64,000 bases of DNA from Thermodiscus sp. (GCA_015523485.1 WAKH01000004.1:1667-65666), one strand, 5' to 3'; shown: positions 40,389-50,657, counted from the first letter of the stretch. Notes: generated by a model not told the origin, from the letters alone. Made by a program: numbers and translations.

Positions 40389-40933
40389 TTCTCACCCTCC
40401 TTATATGGGACCTTTACGAGGCCGCGTTCCTCATCGACAATGTAGCGTACAGGTATGCCCTCCTCGGCAGCCTTGTACTCTGGCGGCTTCTGGAACGACT
40501 CTAGGTCAAGGTACATCTCAGCCATGTTTTGATACACTACGTCATGATAGGGGACGTGATAGAGGGCTTCCGTAGGACATACATCAACACAGTAGCCACA
40601 GAATATACACCTCCTGTAGTCGATTACAGGCCAGTTCTTCACCTTCTGCTTACCCGTCTTCTCGTCTACCTCTGGTATTCGGATCATCTTCATCGCTGCT
40701 GCTGGGCAAATCCTAGCACAGCTTGCACAGTTTATACACTTCTGCTTGATTAATACGATGAATCCCCTGTAGCCCTCTCTAAGCTTATTGTACTCCTTCG
40801 GGTAGATCAATGTGAACCTCTTCGGGTCAATGAAGTATTTTACTCCTATCATCAATGCTTCTAGATTACCCTTGAACGCGTGGAATATACCCCTCCTAGG
40901 CTTGGTTTTTGGAACGGGTTTAGGCGGCACCAT
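40385..40933 (-). CDS. nuoI: Complex I-like subunit I (two [4Fe-4S])
   Basis: CINCASCARICP and CIFCGYCVDVCP. Confidence 0.92.
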   Translation of the reverse strand: MVPPKPVPKTKPRRGIFHAFKGNLEALMIGVKYFIDPKRFTLIYPKEYNKLREGYRGFIVLIKQKCINCASCARICPAAAMKMIRIPEVDEKTGKQKVKNWPVIDYRRCIFCGYCVDVCPTEALYHVPYHDVVYQNMAEMYLDLESFQKPPEYKAAEEGIPVRYIVDEERGLVKVPYKEGEK

Positions 40934-40943
40934 CCATCACCTC

Positions 40944-41981
40944 CTAACCAATTAACCCAATATACGCCTCCAATAGTCCGAGGCCGAATCCCATCAGCGC
41001 CAGTGGGAAAAGCAGCTTCCATGCGAAGTCTAGTGCCTGGTCCAGCCTGTACCTGCCGTAGACTGCTCTCAGGAAGCTGAATACTGCCATAAGTATTGTC
41101 GCCTTAACGATGATTACTAGTGATGGAATCAGGTACCCGCTTATGAAGCCGTCTCCAGGCCCGTAGGGGAGCCATCCTCCCAGGAACGCTAGTGTTATGA
41201 ATATCGAGTAGACGAATCTCTTAATGTACGCTGCTCCCATGTTGACACCATAGAGTAGACCTGAGTATTCTGTGAAGGGGCCTGCGACCACCTCGTTCTC
41301 GCTCTCGGGTATCTCGAATGGGAAGCCGCTTGTAGCCATTAGCACGCTGATGAATGCGGCTAGGAAGGCTAGCGGGTTTAGGATTATGAACCACTTGCCT
41401 CCTGTCTGGGCGAGCACAACGTCCACGAAGTTGTATGACGTCGTCATTGCGGATACCGATAGGATTGCTAATATTATCATGAGCTCGTAAGCCGTTATCA
41501 TGTAGGCTTCTCTCATACCTCCGATTATGGAGAACTTGTTGTTACTGGCCCAGCCAGCTAGTACTATGAATATTGCTGAAATCGTTGATAGAGCCAGTGA
41601 GATCAACACGCTATACTCCATTGGTATTGGCCAATAGTGTGAAACGCTGGTGAAGGGTACAGCTACAACAGGTACGATACTGAGTACTAGAGCTGTTAGG
41701 GGGGCGATGAGGAATACCCCCTTATCAACAGTCTTGGGTATGATTATCTCTTGGAATGCATACCTCATGAGGTCAGCTATCAATTGTATTGCTCCGCCAA
41801 TCCTTGGCGAGACGTGTAATGGACCGAATCTCCTCTGCACTCTTGCCGCAGTCTTCCTCTCAAACCATAGTATACCGACGACTACACCCAATGGTGCTAC
41901 GAGGCCTAGGACTACTAACTGCCAGAGGGGAGGCCAGGTTATTATCTTCACAATTACGTCAATCACATCCATTACAAACAC
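40944..41981 (-). CDS. nuoH: Complex I-like subunit H
   Basis: ERK..ARVQRRFGP, GWASNNKF, PFEIPESENEVVAG..EYSG. Confidence 0.93.
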   Translation of the reverse strand: MFVMDVIDVIVKIITWPPLWQLVVLGLVAPLGVVVGILWFERKTAARVQRRFGPLHVSPRIGGAIQLIADLMRYAFQEIIIPKTVDKGVFLIAPLTALVLSIVPVVAVPFTSVSHYWPIPMEYSVLISLALSTISAIFIVLAGWASNNKFSIIGGMREAYMITAYELMIILAILSVSAMTTSYNFVDVVLAQTGGKWFIILNPLAFLAAFISVLMATSGFPFEIPESENEVVAGPFTEYSGLLYGVNMGAAYIKRFVYSIFITLAFLGGWLPYGPGDGFISGYLIPSLVIIVKATILMAVFSFLRAVYGRYRLDQALDFAWKLLFPLALMGFGLGLLEAYIGLIG

Positions 41982-41984
41982 CCC

Positions 41985-43241
41985 CTACCTATCCGCCTCA
42001 GGCGGGAAGTAGTCGATGCTTCCATAGATCGTTGGAAGGTCCATCACGCGATGACCTGGTAGAATGTACTTGAAGACTATGGCGTTCCTGGCAGATGCAG
42101 AGACTATCCTCACTCTATACGGCTTCTGGCCACCATCACTCTCGACATAATATGTGATCTCTCCTCTTGCAGTCTCTGCCCTAGCATAGGCTTTACCCTT
42201 CGGGACCTTCAGCAGGGCGTATAATGGAACTAGCTTCGCCCTCCCCTCTGTCTCGAAGATCTTCTTATGGAGCGGAGGAGCCGTCTTCCAGAACCTGTCG
42301 TGGAGGATTGGCTCTCTGGGATGCTTATCGAGCCAATCAGCCACTTGCTCCAAGATTCTAAGGCTCTGCTTGATCTCCTCGACCCTCTGCCACACCCTGG
42401 CTAGGGCATCACCCTCCTGGAATACCGGTATTTCGAAGTCGAGCTCGTCATAGACCTCATATGGATCATTATACCTCACATCGTATAGAACTCCGCTTGC
42501 CCTTAAGTTAGGACCAGTTATACCTAGCTCTATTGCGAGGTTCTTGGGGATTACACCGACGTCCTCAAGCCTAGCCCTTATCACGGGGTTATCCACATAG
42601 ATTTTCCTATACTCTTCCAGCCTCTTCCTCATGTACCTGATAGCCTTTCTCAGCTGGTTGGTGAAGTCTGCTGGGACATCCCTCCTTACACCTCCGAATA
42701 CAGGGTATGAGTGAGTCAGCCTAGCTCCTGTCAACCAGTCCGCCAGCTCAATCCAAACCTCTCTATCTCCGAATGGCCACATGTACATTGTCGAGTGCCC
42801 AACGAATACGCCGAATATACCGAATCCATACAGGTAGGCTGCAATCCTGTTTATCTCGCATAGAAGTACACGGAGGTATTTCGCCCTCAGCGGCGCTTCG
42901 ATCCCAAGCAACTGCTCCACAGCCCTAACATATGGTAATGTTACGTTGCAAGCATCGTGAATAGCCATTCTCTCATAGAGGGGAATACCCTTAATCCACT
43001 CTCTACCCTCTCCTAGCTTTTCCATGGTTCTATGAACGTATCCCATGTCGGGGTCTGCTTCAACAATCACGTCACCATCTATCCTGATGATAATCCTCAT
43101 GTGACCCGAACCTGGATGCTGTGGGCCTATGAAGACCTCGTAGAGATCCTTACCTATCTTTCTAGACCATGCACCCGGGATCTTTAGATCATTGAAGCCT
43201 ACCTGACCCCTAGTTGAAACGAAACCAGACACATCAACCAC
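41985..43241 (-). CDS. nuoD: Complex I-like subunit D
   Basis: GPQHPGSGH, GYVHRTMEK, GPNLRASG, C-terminal PEADR; no NiFe CxxC ligands. Confidence 0.93.
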   Translation of the reverse strand: MVDVSGFVSTRGQVGFNDLKIPGAWSRKIGKDLYEVFIGPQHPGSGHMRIIIRIDGDVIVEADPDMGYVHRTMEKLGEGREWIKGIPLYERMAIHDACNVTLPYVRAVEQLLGIEAPLRAKYLRVLLCEINRIAAYLYGFGIFGVFVGHSTMYMWPFGDREVWIELADWLTGARLTHSYPVFGGVRRDVPADFTNQLRKAIRYMRKRLEEYRKIYVDNPVIRARLEDVGVIPKNLAIELGITGPNLRASGVLYDVRYNDPYEVYDELDFEIPVFQEGDALARVWQRVEEIKQSLRILEQVADWLDKHPREPILHDRFWKTAPPLHKKIFETEGRAKLVPLYALLKVPKGKAYARAETARGEITYYVESDGGQKPYRVRIVSASARNAIVFKYILPGHRVMDLPTIYGSIDYFPPEADR

Positions 43242-43245
43242 CCCC

Positions 43246-43722
43246 TTATTTTCTGAATATTGTCTCTTCTTTTACGACAAAGTCTTTTCTAAGCGGCTTG
43301 AGCTCAGCCACTGGCGGCGAGAGAAGCAGCGGTCTTAGATCTGGGTGACCCTCGAAGACTATTCCAAACGCCTCGTATACCTCTCGCTCCTGGAAATCAG
43401 CGGTGGTCCATACACTATAGAGTGATGGGACCCTCTCAGTATCTCTAGGAATACTATAGCCTAAGCCGACAATGTATTTTGACAGCTCAACATTACCATA
43501 GCTTGACGCATGATAGATTATCTTGATTACATTCTCCTTCGGGTAATCTATTGCAGTGACGTCCTTTATGTGATCGAATCCTAGCTCCTTGAGCTTTCTA
43601 GCAGCCTCGACAATCTTATCGACTGGGACAAACACGTGTACGACTCCCTTACCTTCCTCGATAGACTCTATGATATCACCTAAAGCTTCCTTGATCTTCT
43701 CAATTACCTCACTACTACTCAC
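43246..43722 (-). CDS. nuoC: Complex I-like subunit C
   Basis: VTAIDY, ERE.YE.FGI.FEGHPDLR, PLRKDF. Confidence 0.93.
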   Translation of the reverse strand: MSSSEVIEKIKEALGDIIESIEEGKGVVHVFVPVDKIVEAARKLKELGFDHIKDVTAIDYPKENVIKIIYHASSYGNVELSKYIVGLGYSIPRDTERVPSLYSVWTTADFQEREVYEAFGIVFEGHPDLRPLLLSPPVAELKPLRKDFVVKEETIFRK

Positions 43723-43725
43723 AGG

Positions 43726-44316
43726 TTACCCCCTCCACCAAGCACATAGGTCTTCCTTCGGCTTGACGTAGTCCTTGTCGGGCCTCCAACCCTCCTCTAC
43801 GAACTTGCTGGCAATCCCCTCTCTGCGGATCTTCCTCTGCAACTCGATGATCGCCCTAGCGACAGCCTCCGGCCTCGGAGGACATCCAGGTATGTAGATG
43901 TCCACCGGTATGATCTCCCACGGCCTCACGATATTGTAGCTGTTATAGAAGATGCCTCCATCAATAGCACATGCACCCATAGCTATGGCGAACTTGGGCT
44001 GCGGCATCTGCTCCCATACAACTCTCACTGCACAGGCCATCTTCTTCGACACTGTACCCTCGATTAAGATCATGTTAGTCTGGCGTGAACCGATCCACGG
44101 GAGCGCTCCATGCTGCTCGTTATCGAATCTAGGGCTCCAGGCTGCGGCGAACTCACACCCACAACAGCTAGTGGTTAAGTGGACTGGCCATAGCGAAAAC
44201 GCCGTTCCCCAGTCCACTAGTTTACCGAGGCGGAGCTTGCCGAGTAGGAGTTTTCTAGCCTGCTTCGCCGCGACATTAACGTTTCCCACGTAAACCTTAC
44301 CATTCTCCTCGGGCAT
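43726..44316 (-). CDS. nuoB: Complex I-like subunit B
   Basis: SCCGCE, AMGAC, IPGCPPRPEA. Confidence 0.93.
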   Translation of the reverse strand: MPEENGKVYVGNVNVAAKQARKLLLGKLRLGKLVDWGTAFSLWPVHLTTSCCGCEFAAAWSPRFDNEQHGALPWIGSRQTNMILIEGTVSKKMACAVRVVWEQMPQPKFAIAMGACAIDGGIFYNSYNIVRPWEIIPVDIYIPGCPPRPEAVARAIIELQRKIRREGIASKFVEEGWRPDKDYVKPKEDLCAWWRG

Positions 44317-44322
44317 GTGGAA

Positions 44323-44736
44323 TCACCCCTCTAACATCCAGGATTCAACTCTCCTAGACTCCCGGAGGGCGTATACTAGGAGGGGAGCATAGACTGCTAC
44401 CAATGCCGCATATAGCCATAGGAGCTTGCCTAGGACGAGCTTCGGCGCCGCTAGTAGTATGGCGAAGATGACTACTGCGGGCTCGACGGCGAGGAAGACT
44501 ATGAGATAGCCTAGGTACTGCATTGAGACCTTGCCTCTAGCCTCCGACTTTGGTGGAGGGTTTCCAGCTTCATACCTCTCATACCTATACTTCTCCTGTG
44601 CCACAATGTCTGGCCTGGCCCTAGTGATCCTGTCTATGAATAACACGACTACTGCTAGGAGGACAACTAGTATGACTGGTAGTATTACTAGGCTCGTGGC
44701 CGCTTTAATCAGCGTATCCGACAGATACTCTAACAT
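44323..44736 (-). CDS. nuoA: Complex I-like subunit A
   Basis: RYEAGNPP, QYLGYLIVFLAVE; first gene of the operon. Confidence 0.88.
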   Translation of the reverse strand: MLEYLSDTLIKAATSLVILPVILVVLLAVVVLFIDRITRARPDIVAQEKYRYERYEAGNPPPKSEARGKVSMQYLGYLIVFLAVEPAVVIFAILLAAPKLVLGKLLWLYAALVAVYAPLLVYALRESRRVESWMLEG

Positions 44737-44892
44737 AGTTACCCACCGGTGGGGTTAAGGCCCCCGTAGAATAACGAGAAGGGTCTGCATAATTATATAT
44801 GGTAGTTTTAGTGTCTAGATAATGAGATCAATACAGGGTATTTATAAAACACCCAGAAAAGCTGTGGGATTATAGTTGGATTAGGAGGAGGG

Positions 44893-47106
44893 TTAGAACC
44901 CGATTAGATCGTTTATCCTCGGCGGGCTTGGGGGCAATCCCTTCCTTTCCCTTATCTTCTTGATTAGGTCGTTTAGCAGGCTGTCGGGTACAGGCGCCCA
45001 CCGGCTGAACTCCACTCCCCAGAAGGCTCTGCCTGCGGTAGCGCTTCTCAGCTCGGCTGCTAGGTCGAAGCTCTCCGCGACTGGCACTTCTGCTATGACT
45101 CTTGCAGCGAGGCCCATGCTCTGTACTTCTAGTATCCTGCCCCTCTTCCTAGCCACTACTCCAGCGATCGCGCTCACATATTCCATCGGCGTCCTTATGT
45201 CTAGCTTCTGGAGGGGCTCTAGTAGCGTGGGGCTTCCCTCTAGTATGCCTGCCCATATCGCGTTTCTGACTGCCGGGTAGATCTGTCCGGGTCCCCTGTG
45301 CACTGGGTCCTCGTGGATCACGGCGTCATGTAGTACTACCTTGATTCCACGCACCGGTTCTGCCGCTAGGGGTCCCTCCTTGACAGCAATCCTGAAGGCT
45401 GCTAGTATGGTGTCCATTACCTCTCTTAGGTGCTGTACACCGGTTGTCTTGTCTACGAATATGTTGAGGCCCTCGTCGATAGCCCATATCTTCCTTGCCT
45501 CGTCATAGTCCCATCCGGCCTGGTCTCTAAGGATCCTAGCCCTCTCACGTGGATCCATGTTCTCTGAGATCACTCCCTTCTGTATTAGTTCTAGCGTCTC
45601 CTCGTTCAGTGGAGCTACGCTTATGTAAAACTTGTTGTGCTTGTTGGGGCTCTTACCCTCGAAGACTGATGACTCCTTCCTCACAGTCTCTCTGTATACC
45701 ACGATTGGCGGGCTGGCCTTGACCTCGAGGTTGTATCTCTCCTTGAGGAACGTCAGAGCGATCTCCAGGTGTAGGGGTCCCATACCTGAGATGAGGTACT
45801 CTCCTGTCTCCTCGTTTATCTTTACTACCAGGTTGGGGTCCTCGATTGTCAGCTTCCTTAGAGCCTCGATGAGCTTAGGCAGATCCTGTACCTTGGTAGG
45901 CTCTACTGCGATTGTGACTACGGGCTCGCTCACATACCTTAGTTGCTCGAATGGAGCCGCCTGCTCTAGGGTACTGGGGTCGACTACTGTCTCGCCTGCT
46001 CTTACATCCTCTAAGCCCATGACGGCGCCTATGTTTCCTGCCGGGATCTTCTTTGTGATCTCCCTGAAGGGTCCCATGTAAAGGCTTACCTGGAGTATTC
46101 TGGCCTTCTTGGTCGCGGTTAGCATGTAGACCTCTCTGCCAGGCTCAAGGGTCCCTGAGAACACTCTACCTGTGGCTACCAGGCCGGTCTTCTCTACTCT
46201 GACGTCGTTTACGAAGAATACTAGGGGGCCGTTGGGGTCGGCGTTGAGCATAGCCTTACCTATCTCTGTGTCTAGGTCTCCCTTCCATATCTTCGGGATC
46301 CTATACCTCTGGGCCTCTCTCGGGTTTGGTATGAATCTAACAACCATGTCTAGGACGGCTTCGTGTACGGGCATTAGCTTTGCTAGGTTTGCTATCTCCT
46401 TCTTGTCACCAGACTCGTATGCCTTTATGATCTCCTTGAATGTTATACCCTTCTTAGCAACCATTGGTATGCTTATTCCCCACTTGTCCTTAGCGCTACC
46501 GAATGCTACTGTACCCTCCTGTGGATTGAGCTTCCATTTCTTCTTGAACTCGCCCTCGCCGTAGAGGTCGATTAGGTTGTTGACCTCCCTGATTATCTCA
46601 ATGAACCTCTCCATGATCTTCTCTGGGGGTAGCTTGAGCTCCTTGATGAGACGGTCTACCTTGTTTATGAAGAGTAGTGGCCTTACTCTCTCCTCTAGGG
46701 CCTGGCGTATAACTGTCTCGGTCTGCGTCATCACGCCCTCGACGGCGTCGACGACTACTATAGCTCCGTCGAGGACTCTAAGGCTTCTCGTAACCTTACC
46801 AGAGAAGTCGACGTGGCCTGGAGTGTCGATCAAGTTGATGACGTAGGGCTTACCGTTGTACTCGTGGTAGAGGCTTATGTTAGCCGACTTTACAGTTATA
46901 CCCCTCTGCTTCTCGACGTTAAGGAAGTCTAGTACAAGGGCCTCGCCAGCGATTCTATCGCTTATGATACCTGCCGCGGCGAGTAGAGAGTCGCTAAGCG
47001 TTGTTTTACCGTGGTCGACGTGCGCGATGATACCGATGTTCCTTATTTGCTCGATATTGTTCATGATCTTCTCGATCTCGGAGACCATCTTTACTCTTGC
47101 TCCCAT
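44893..47106 (-). CDS. fusA: Elongation factor 2
   Basis: [25 protein letters not shown]; diphthamide loop [11 protein letters not shown]. Confidence 0.98.
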   Translation of the reverse strand: MGARVKMVSEIEKIMNNIEQIRNIGIIAHVDHGKTTLSDSLLAAAGIISDRIAGEALVLDFLNVEKQRGITVKSANISLYHEYNGKPYVINLIDTPGHVDFSGKVTRSLRVLDGAIVVVDAVEGVMTQTETVIRQALEERVRPLLFINKVDRLIKELKLPPEKIMERFIEIIREVNNLIDLYGEGEFKKKWKLNPQEGTVAFGSAKDKWGISIPMVAKKGITFKEIIKAYESGDKKEIANLAKLMPVHEAVLDMVVRFIPNPREAQRYRIPKIWKGDLDTEIGKAMLNADPNGPLVFFVNDVRVEKTGLVATGRVFSGTLEPGREVYMLTATKKARILQVSLYMGPFREITKKIPAGNIGAVMGLEDVRAGETVVDPSTLEQAAPFEQLRYVSEPVVTIAVEPTKVQDLPKLIEALRKLTIEDPNLVVKINEETGEYLISGMGPLHLEIALTFLKERYNLEVKASPPIVVYRETVRKESSVFEGKSPNKHNKFYISVAPLNEETLELIQKGVISENMDPRERARILRDQAGWDYDEARKIWAIDEGLNIFVDKTTGVQHLREVMDTILAAFRIAVKEGPLAAEPVRGIKVVLHDAVIHEDPVHRGPGQIYPAVRNAIWAGILEGSPTLLEPLQKLDIRTPMEYVSAIAGVVARKRGRILEVQSMGLAARVIAEVPVAESFDLAAELRSATAGRAFWGVEFSRWAPVPDSLLNDLIKKIRERKGLPPSPPRINDLIGF

Positions 47107-47180
47107 TGATACACACCCCTATCAAACTACTCCGTTGGTGAAGGTGCAGAAGTTAGGGTTTATAAAATCAGAAGACTAGT

Positions 47181-47903
47181 CTAATCCTCCCCCACTCCAC
47201 CCACGAAATCCTCTAGTGTCCCTCCCCTCTTCCTACCACCAGGCTTGTATGGCGACTTGAGTATCCTCTTTATGGTCTCCGCCTTCTTCTCGCCAATCCC
47301 AGGGATCTTTGATAACTCTACGATGCTCGCGTTTACGAACCTCTCAATGCTGCCAAACGCCTCCAGTATCCTTTCAGCCGTTTTTGGACCTATTCCTGGA
47401 AACGATTCCACTATGTATAACTGCCACTCCCGCGTGGAGGAAAGCTTAGGCTTCTTGTGTAGTACAACGGACCTCCTGGTCTGAGCAACCCTCTTCGCTA
47501 GGGATTCTATTATCATAGCTGTGTGCCAGGGTCCCTCACTGTAAATCACTCTAGAGTTGAAGTCAATTATTAGCGATGATATCGCGGCCGTTAACTGCTT
47601 CACCTTATTCCTATACCTGTAGAGGCGTAAGGGATTCCCCTCCACCACGTAAATTACTATGGGGTAGTGCTCTGTGAGCCTACGAGCCTGGTCGAAGAGC
47701 CTCCCGTCAAAGAGGGAGCGTGCGAAGTCCGACGCAGATTTACGCTCTACAACTATTTGATCCGAAACAACGTAGTCTCCCAGGCTTAACTGCTTCAACA
47801 CAACCATCAAGTTGGAGGATCGGAGTATGTCTGGTATGCCGCTCCTCTCCTCCCTCACGTCAGCGTATATTATCACTTTACTCTTCCAGTCGTCTCTACC
47901 CAT
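47181..47903 (-). CDS. xpf: Crenarchaeal XPF endonuclease (ERCC4 + HhH2, PIP-like tail)
   Basis: ADVRE, GDY, VERKS..DF, PGIGPK HhH, C-terminal TLEDF; ATG 47903 with SD GGAGGT. Confidence 0.92.
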   Translation of the reverse strand: MGRDDWKSKVIIYADVREERSGIPDILRSSNLMVVLKQLSLGDYVVSDQIVVERKSASDFARSLFDGRLFDQARRLTEHYPIVIYVVEGNPLRLYRYRNKVKQLTAAISSLIIDFNSRVIYSEGPWHTAMIIESLAKRVAQTRRSVVLHKKPKLSSTREWQLYIVESFPGIGPKTAERILEAFGSIERFVNASIVELSKIPGIGEKKAETIKRILKSPYKPGGRKRGGTLEDFVGGVGED

Positions 47904-48948
47904 TAATCCTATACCTCCACTGAGTACAAAGGCGGGCCGCCTTACCCTGTATACTCTTAGCGAGCACATCGGCTATATTAGAGGGGTCTCCGGCCCCCGG
48001 GGATAGATGCACCATTGCCACTTGTCTATGACCGCCCCCTTCTCCTCCAAGCTTCTCAGCAATATACCTTGCCAGCACATCGGCGTAAACTCCGCTGTCT
48101 GCAGCCCTCCGAGACACGCGGACAGAGATCCTCTTCGCTGAGCCGCTACCACCTACTACTACCGCAATATCAGCGCCCATCTCGAGAAGCGCCCTGGCCG
48201 CGCTAGACTCATAGCTACCCACGTGAGTTACAACTAATACAATATCCTGGCATACCCTGGAGACGCGTGCCCTCGAAGCCGCCTTGACACGTGCATAACG
48301 CTCGGGGAACTCTACCTCCTCCACCTGCACCTCTACTATCTGGCCTCCATGTGAGACGTAGTATGCCGCTGCCTCGAATGTATAGTCGCCGAGTATCCTG
48401 AATCTCCTAGTATCGTATACTATCCCGGTTAGTCCAGCGGAGGCCTCTGCTGGATCCAGGGATACATTTAGTTCTCCAGCGATAACACCCACTATCTCTG
48501 AAGTAGAGGCTGCCTGTCTATCAACAATTACTACTCTGGCTAGGTCCATCAGTCTCCCTGGCTCGTGGTGATCTATTAGGATAACAGTCCTACCAGTTAG
48601 CTTCCCGCCCAGCTCTCCGAGCTGTGATGGATTCGAGGAATCAACCACGATTACCGGAGTATCTCCCTCTACGTCGTGGCAAATCTCAAGCCCTATGCCC
48701 AGGCTGTCCAGAATCTCCCTGGAGATCCTGGAGGGACCCTCCGGGACGTAGTGACACGCCTTTACCCCATATTCCCTTAGGATCCTCCCAACGACTATGA
48801 GGGAACCGATCGCGTCGGGGTCAGCATTAGAATGGGTAGCTATAATCGCGCTATCAATGCTTCTTATCGAGTCTACTAGAGTCTTTGCCCATAGCCTTCT
48901 TAATCTCCGACTCGAATGTCTTCTCCGCCACTGCGATTGCAGCTTCAA
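47896..48948 (-). CDS. DHH/DHHA1 phosphoesterase (NrnA-like)
   Basis: HSNADPDA, VVDSS, IDHH, YDT..F, GGGH; start uncertain. Confidence 0.88.
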   Translation of the reverse strand: MKLQSQWRRRHSSRRLRRLWAKTLVDSIRSIDSAIIATHSNADPDAIGSLIVVGRILREYGVKACHYVPEGPSRISREILDSLGIGLEICHDVEGDTPVIVVDSSNPSQLGELGGKLTGRTVILIDHHEPGRLMDLARVVIVDRQAASTSEIVGVIAGELNVSLDPAEASAGLTGIVYDTRRFRILGDYTFEAAAYYVSHGGQIVEVQVEEVEFPERYARVKAASRARVSRVCQDIVLVVTHVGSYESSAARALLEMGADIAVVVGGSGSAKRISVRVSRRAADSGVYADVLARYIAEKLGGEGGGHRQVAMVHLSPGAGDPSNIADVLAKSIQGKAARLCTQWRYRING

Positions 48949-49171
48949 TCACCTCGTTCAATATAGTCTTATCCGCCCGGGGCCGTGTGATCGAAACATC
49001 CACTACGAGTCTGACGAGGCCGTCCTCATCGTAGATCGTTGATAATTGGATGTTGTAGTGGAGGGCTCTCAGCCCCAAGGCTTGCTCGATCACCCTACGA
49101 GCGGCTTCTTCAGCTCTCTCCAGGGCTCTCTCGATTATAGCCTCATCCAGCTCCTCCAACAGGTGCTCCAC
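48854..49171 (-). CDS. Small conserved archaeal protein (DUF3194-like)
   Basis: Acidic helical protein lying between prefoldin beta and the DHH gene. Confidence 0.55.
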   Translation of the reverse strand: MEHLLEELDEAIIERALERAEEAARRVIEQALGLRALHYNIQLSTIYDEDGLVRLVVDVSITRPRADKTILNEVIEAAIAVAEKTFESEIKKAMGKDSSRLDKKH

Positions 49172-49538
49172 CAGATCCTCCTAGCATCTGAGTCAGCTCT
49201 TTACCAAGCCTCTCTACTTCCTTCTGTAGGCTTTCCTCCTGTTTCTTTAGGGCTAGGAGCTTTAACTCTAGGTTTTCCTTCCTCGACTCCAGCTCCTTCA
49301 TCAGCGAGTCTTTCTCAGTCTTTATGAGGACGAAGCCCTTCATCCTGTAGAGCTCTGCGTCGTCACCCACATTCTTCAGCTCCTCTATGAGCTTCTCTAC
49401 ATCTGCTAGGGACGCTTCCAACAATGCCTTCTCCTGTGTAACCCTGGCTAGGAGTTCTCGTGCCTGGAGGAACTTCCTATACTTCGCTTCAACCTGAGGT
49501 GGTATTCTCTCGATCGCACCCACTTCCCTGGTCACCAC
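49143..49538 (-). CDS. pfdB: Prefoldin beta subunit
   Basis: IPPQV N-terminus, coiled coils around a YR.KG.VLIK hairpin. Confidence 0.92.
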   Translation of the reverse strand: MVTREVGAIERIPPQVEAKYRKFLQARELLARVTQEKALLEASLADVEKLIEELKNVGDDAELYRMKGFVLIKTEKDSLMKELESRKENLELKLLALKKQEESLQKEVERLGKELTQMLGGSGGAPVGGAG

Positions 49539-49587
49539 TAGACGGACTGATTCACAGCTTATTAAAAGCGCAATGCAGTAGGATCCG

Positions 49588-49821
49588 CTACTCTGAATAC
49601 TTTATTGCGCTATAGGCTGAGTGTGCTAGGAGGAGGAACGAATTTGTGAGGGCCCTCAGGCCCGAGGGAGAGTCGGACTCCACAATAATCACTACGCAGT
49701 CATCCTCTAATCTCAACTCGACCCTACCCTTGTCGGGTCCCTTCGACTTAACCTCGGCTTGGAGGGAATTGTAGACGTGGATGGAGTCACTACCCAGGCA
49801 GAGCTTATACTCTCCTCTCAA
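49588..49821 (-). CDS. pcc1: KEOPS complex subunit Pcc1
   Basis: VYNSLQAE...SGLRALTNSFL; lies between Brix and prefoldin. Confidence 0.82.
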   Translation of the reverse strand: MRGEYKLCLGSDSIHVYNSLQAEVKSKGPDKGRVELRLEDDCVVIIVESDSPSGLRALTNSFLLLAHSAYSAIKYSE

Positions 49822-49827
49822 CGGGTC

Positions 49828-50367
49828 CTACCCCTTAATCATCGACTGGGGTTTCGCCAACCTAAGCCTCGGGCCAACCAGCTTCTCCCTGAACATAAAT
49901 TCGACCCGCACCCTGTCATCCGATTCAGCATTTATGACAGCCAAAATATCCCTGTTCCCAGGCTTCTCGAATACTCTTGCCTCGAAGGCTTTAATGAAGG
50001 CGTCGGCGAACTCGTCGGCTATCGGTGTGCCATCTGTTTCGACCACCATGCCCTCGGGGTTCTCGGAGGGGAGGGGTCGTCTAACTTCCCTGGATAGAGC
50101 GACTCCCCTCACTATGAAAGTAACAATATTGCTTAGATCGTCATCTTTTACCTCGTAGACCCTAATTATGCTGGGATTGCCCCGCTTCCCGCCTACAACG
50201 ACCACCCGGTTTGCGCCTCTGAGCATCGCCTCGGAGGCTAGTTCTCGCATGGAGTAGTGTCCGCGTGTAAACTTCTCTGCGCCTGGAAGGATTGCTACGA
50301 GGTCCTTTACCAGAGATCTAATACGTGGGGTAGGACGACGGCTGGAGGTTATGAGAAATTTTGGCAT
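49828..50367 (-). CDS. Brix-domain ribosome biogenesis protein
   Basis: ITSSRRPTPRIRS, RGHYS, GNPS, GPRL. Confidence 0.88.
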   Translation of the reverse strand: MPKFLITSSRRPTPRIRSLVKDLVAILPGAEKFTRGHYSMRELASEAMLRGANRVVVVGGKRGNPSIIRVYEVKDDDLSNIVTFIVRGVALSREVRRPLPSENPEGMVVETDGTPIADEFADAFIKAFEARVFEKPGNRDILAVINAESDDRVRVEFMFREKLVGPRLRLAKPQSMIKG

Positions 50368-50377
50368 TCCTCCATCA

Positions 50378-50650
50378 CTACTGTTTTATGATGTACTTCT
50401 TGAAGTAGGGTGCTAGGCCTGATCTCGGCGTGTAGGCGGCTCCAGCCCATACGTTTCCACACTTTCTGCAGGCCCAGATACCTACTGAGATCCTGTATAC
50501 GGTTCCCACTCTTCCACAGAATGGGCATGTGTGTGGCGCTTTCTTCCTCACTAGAATGTCTCTTACCCTCTTCCTAACACTCACACCATACCTTGGCCCA
50601 AACGATCCCGCTGGTCCGACGATCTTTGTTCTCCTCGCCATTCCACGCAC
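50378..50650 (-). CDS. rpl37ae: 50S ribosomal protein L37Ae
   Basis: FGPRYG, CPFCG, GIWACRKC, AYTP. Confidence 0.96.
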   Translation of the reverse strand: MRGMARRTKIVGPAGSFGPRYGVSVRKRVRDILVRKKAPHTCPFCGRVGTVYRISVGIWACRKCGNVWAGAAYTPRSGLAPYFKKYIIKQ

Positions 50651-50657
50651 CTCCCTG

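Noticed and set aside
41985..44316. Group 4 NiFe hydrogenase (Mbh/Ech) interpretation of NuoB/D
   Set aside because: Large subunit lacks both CxxC Ni-binding motifs; NuoB has the complex I tandem CC; NuoA, J and K are present
44836..44854. Imperfect palindrome GGGTATTTATAAAACACCC upstream of nuoA as a TF operator
   Set aside because: Explained adequately by a TATA box plus the ACCCT motif; single instance
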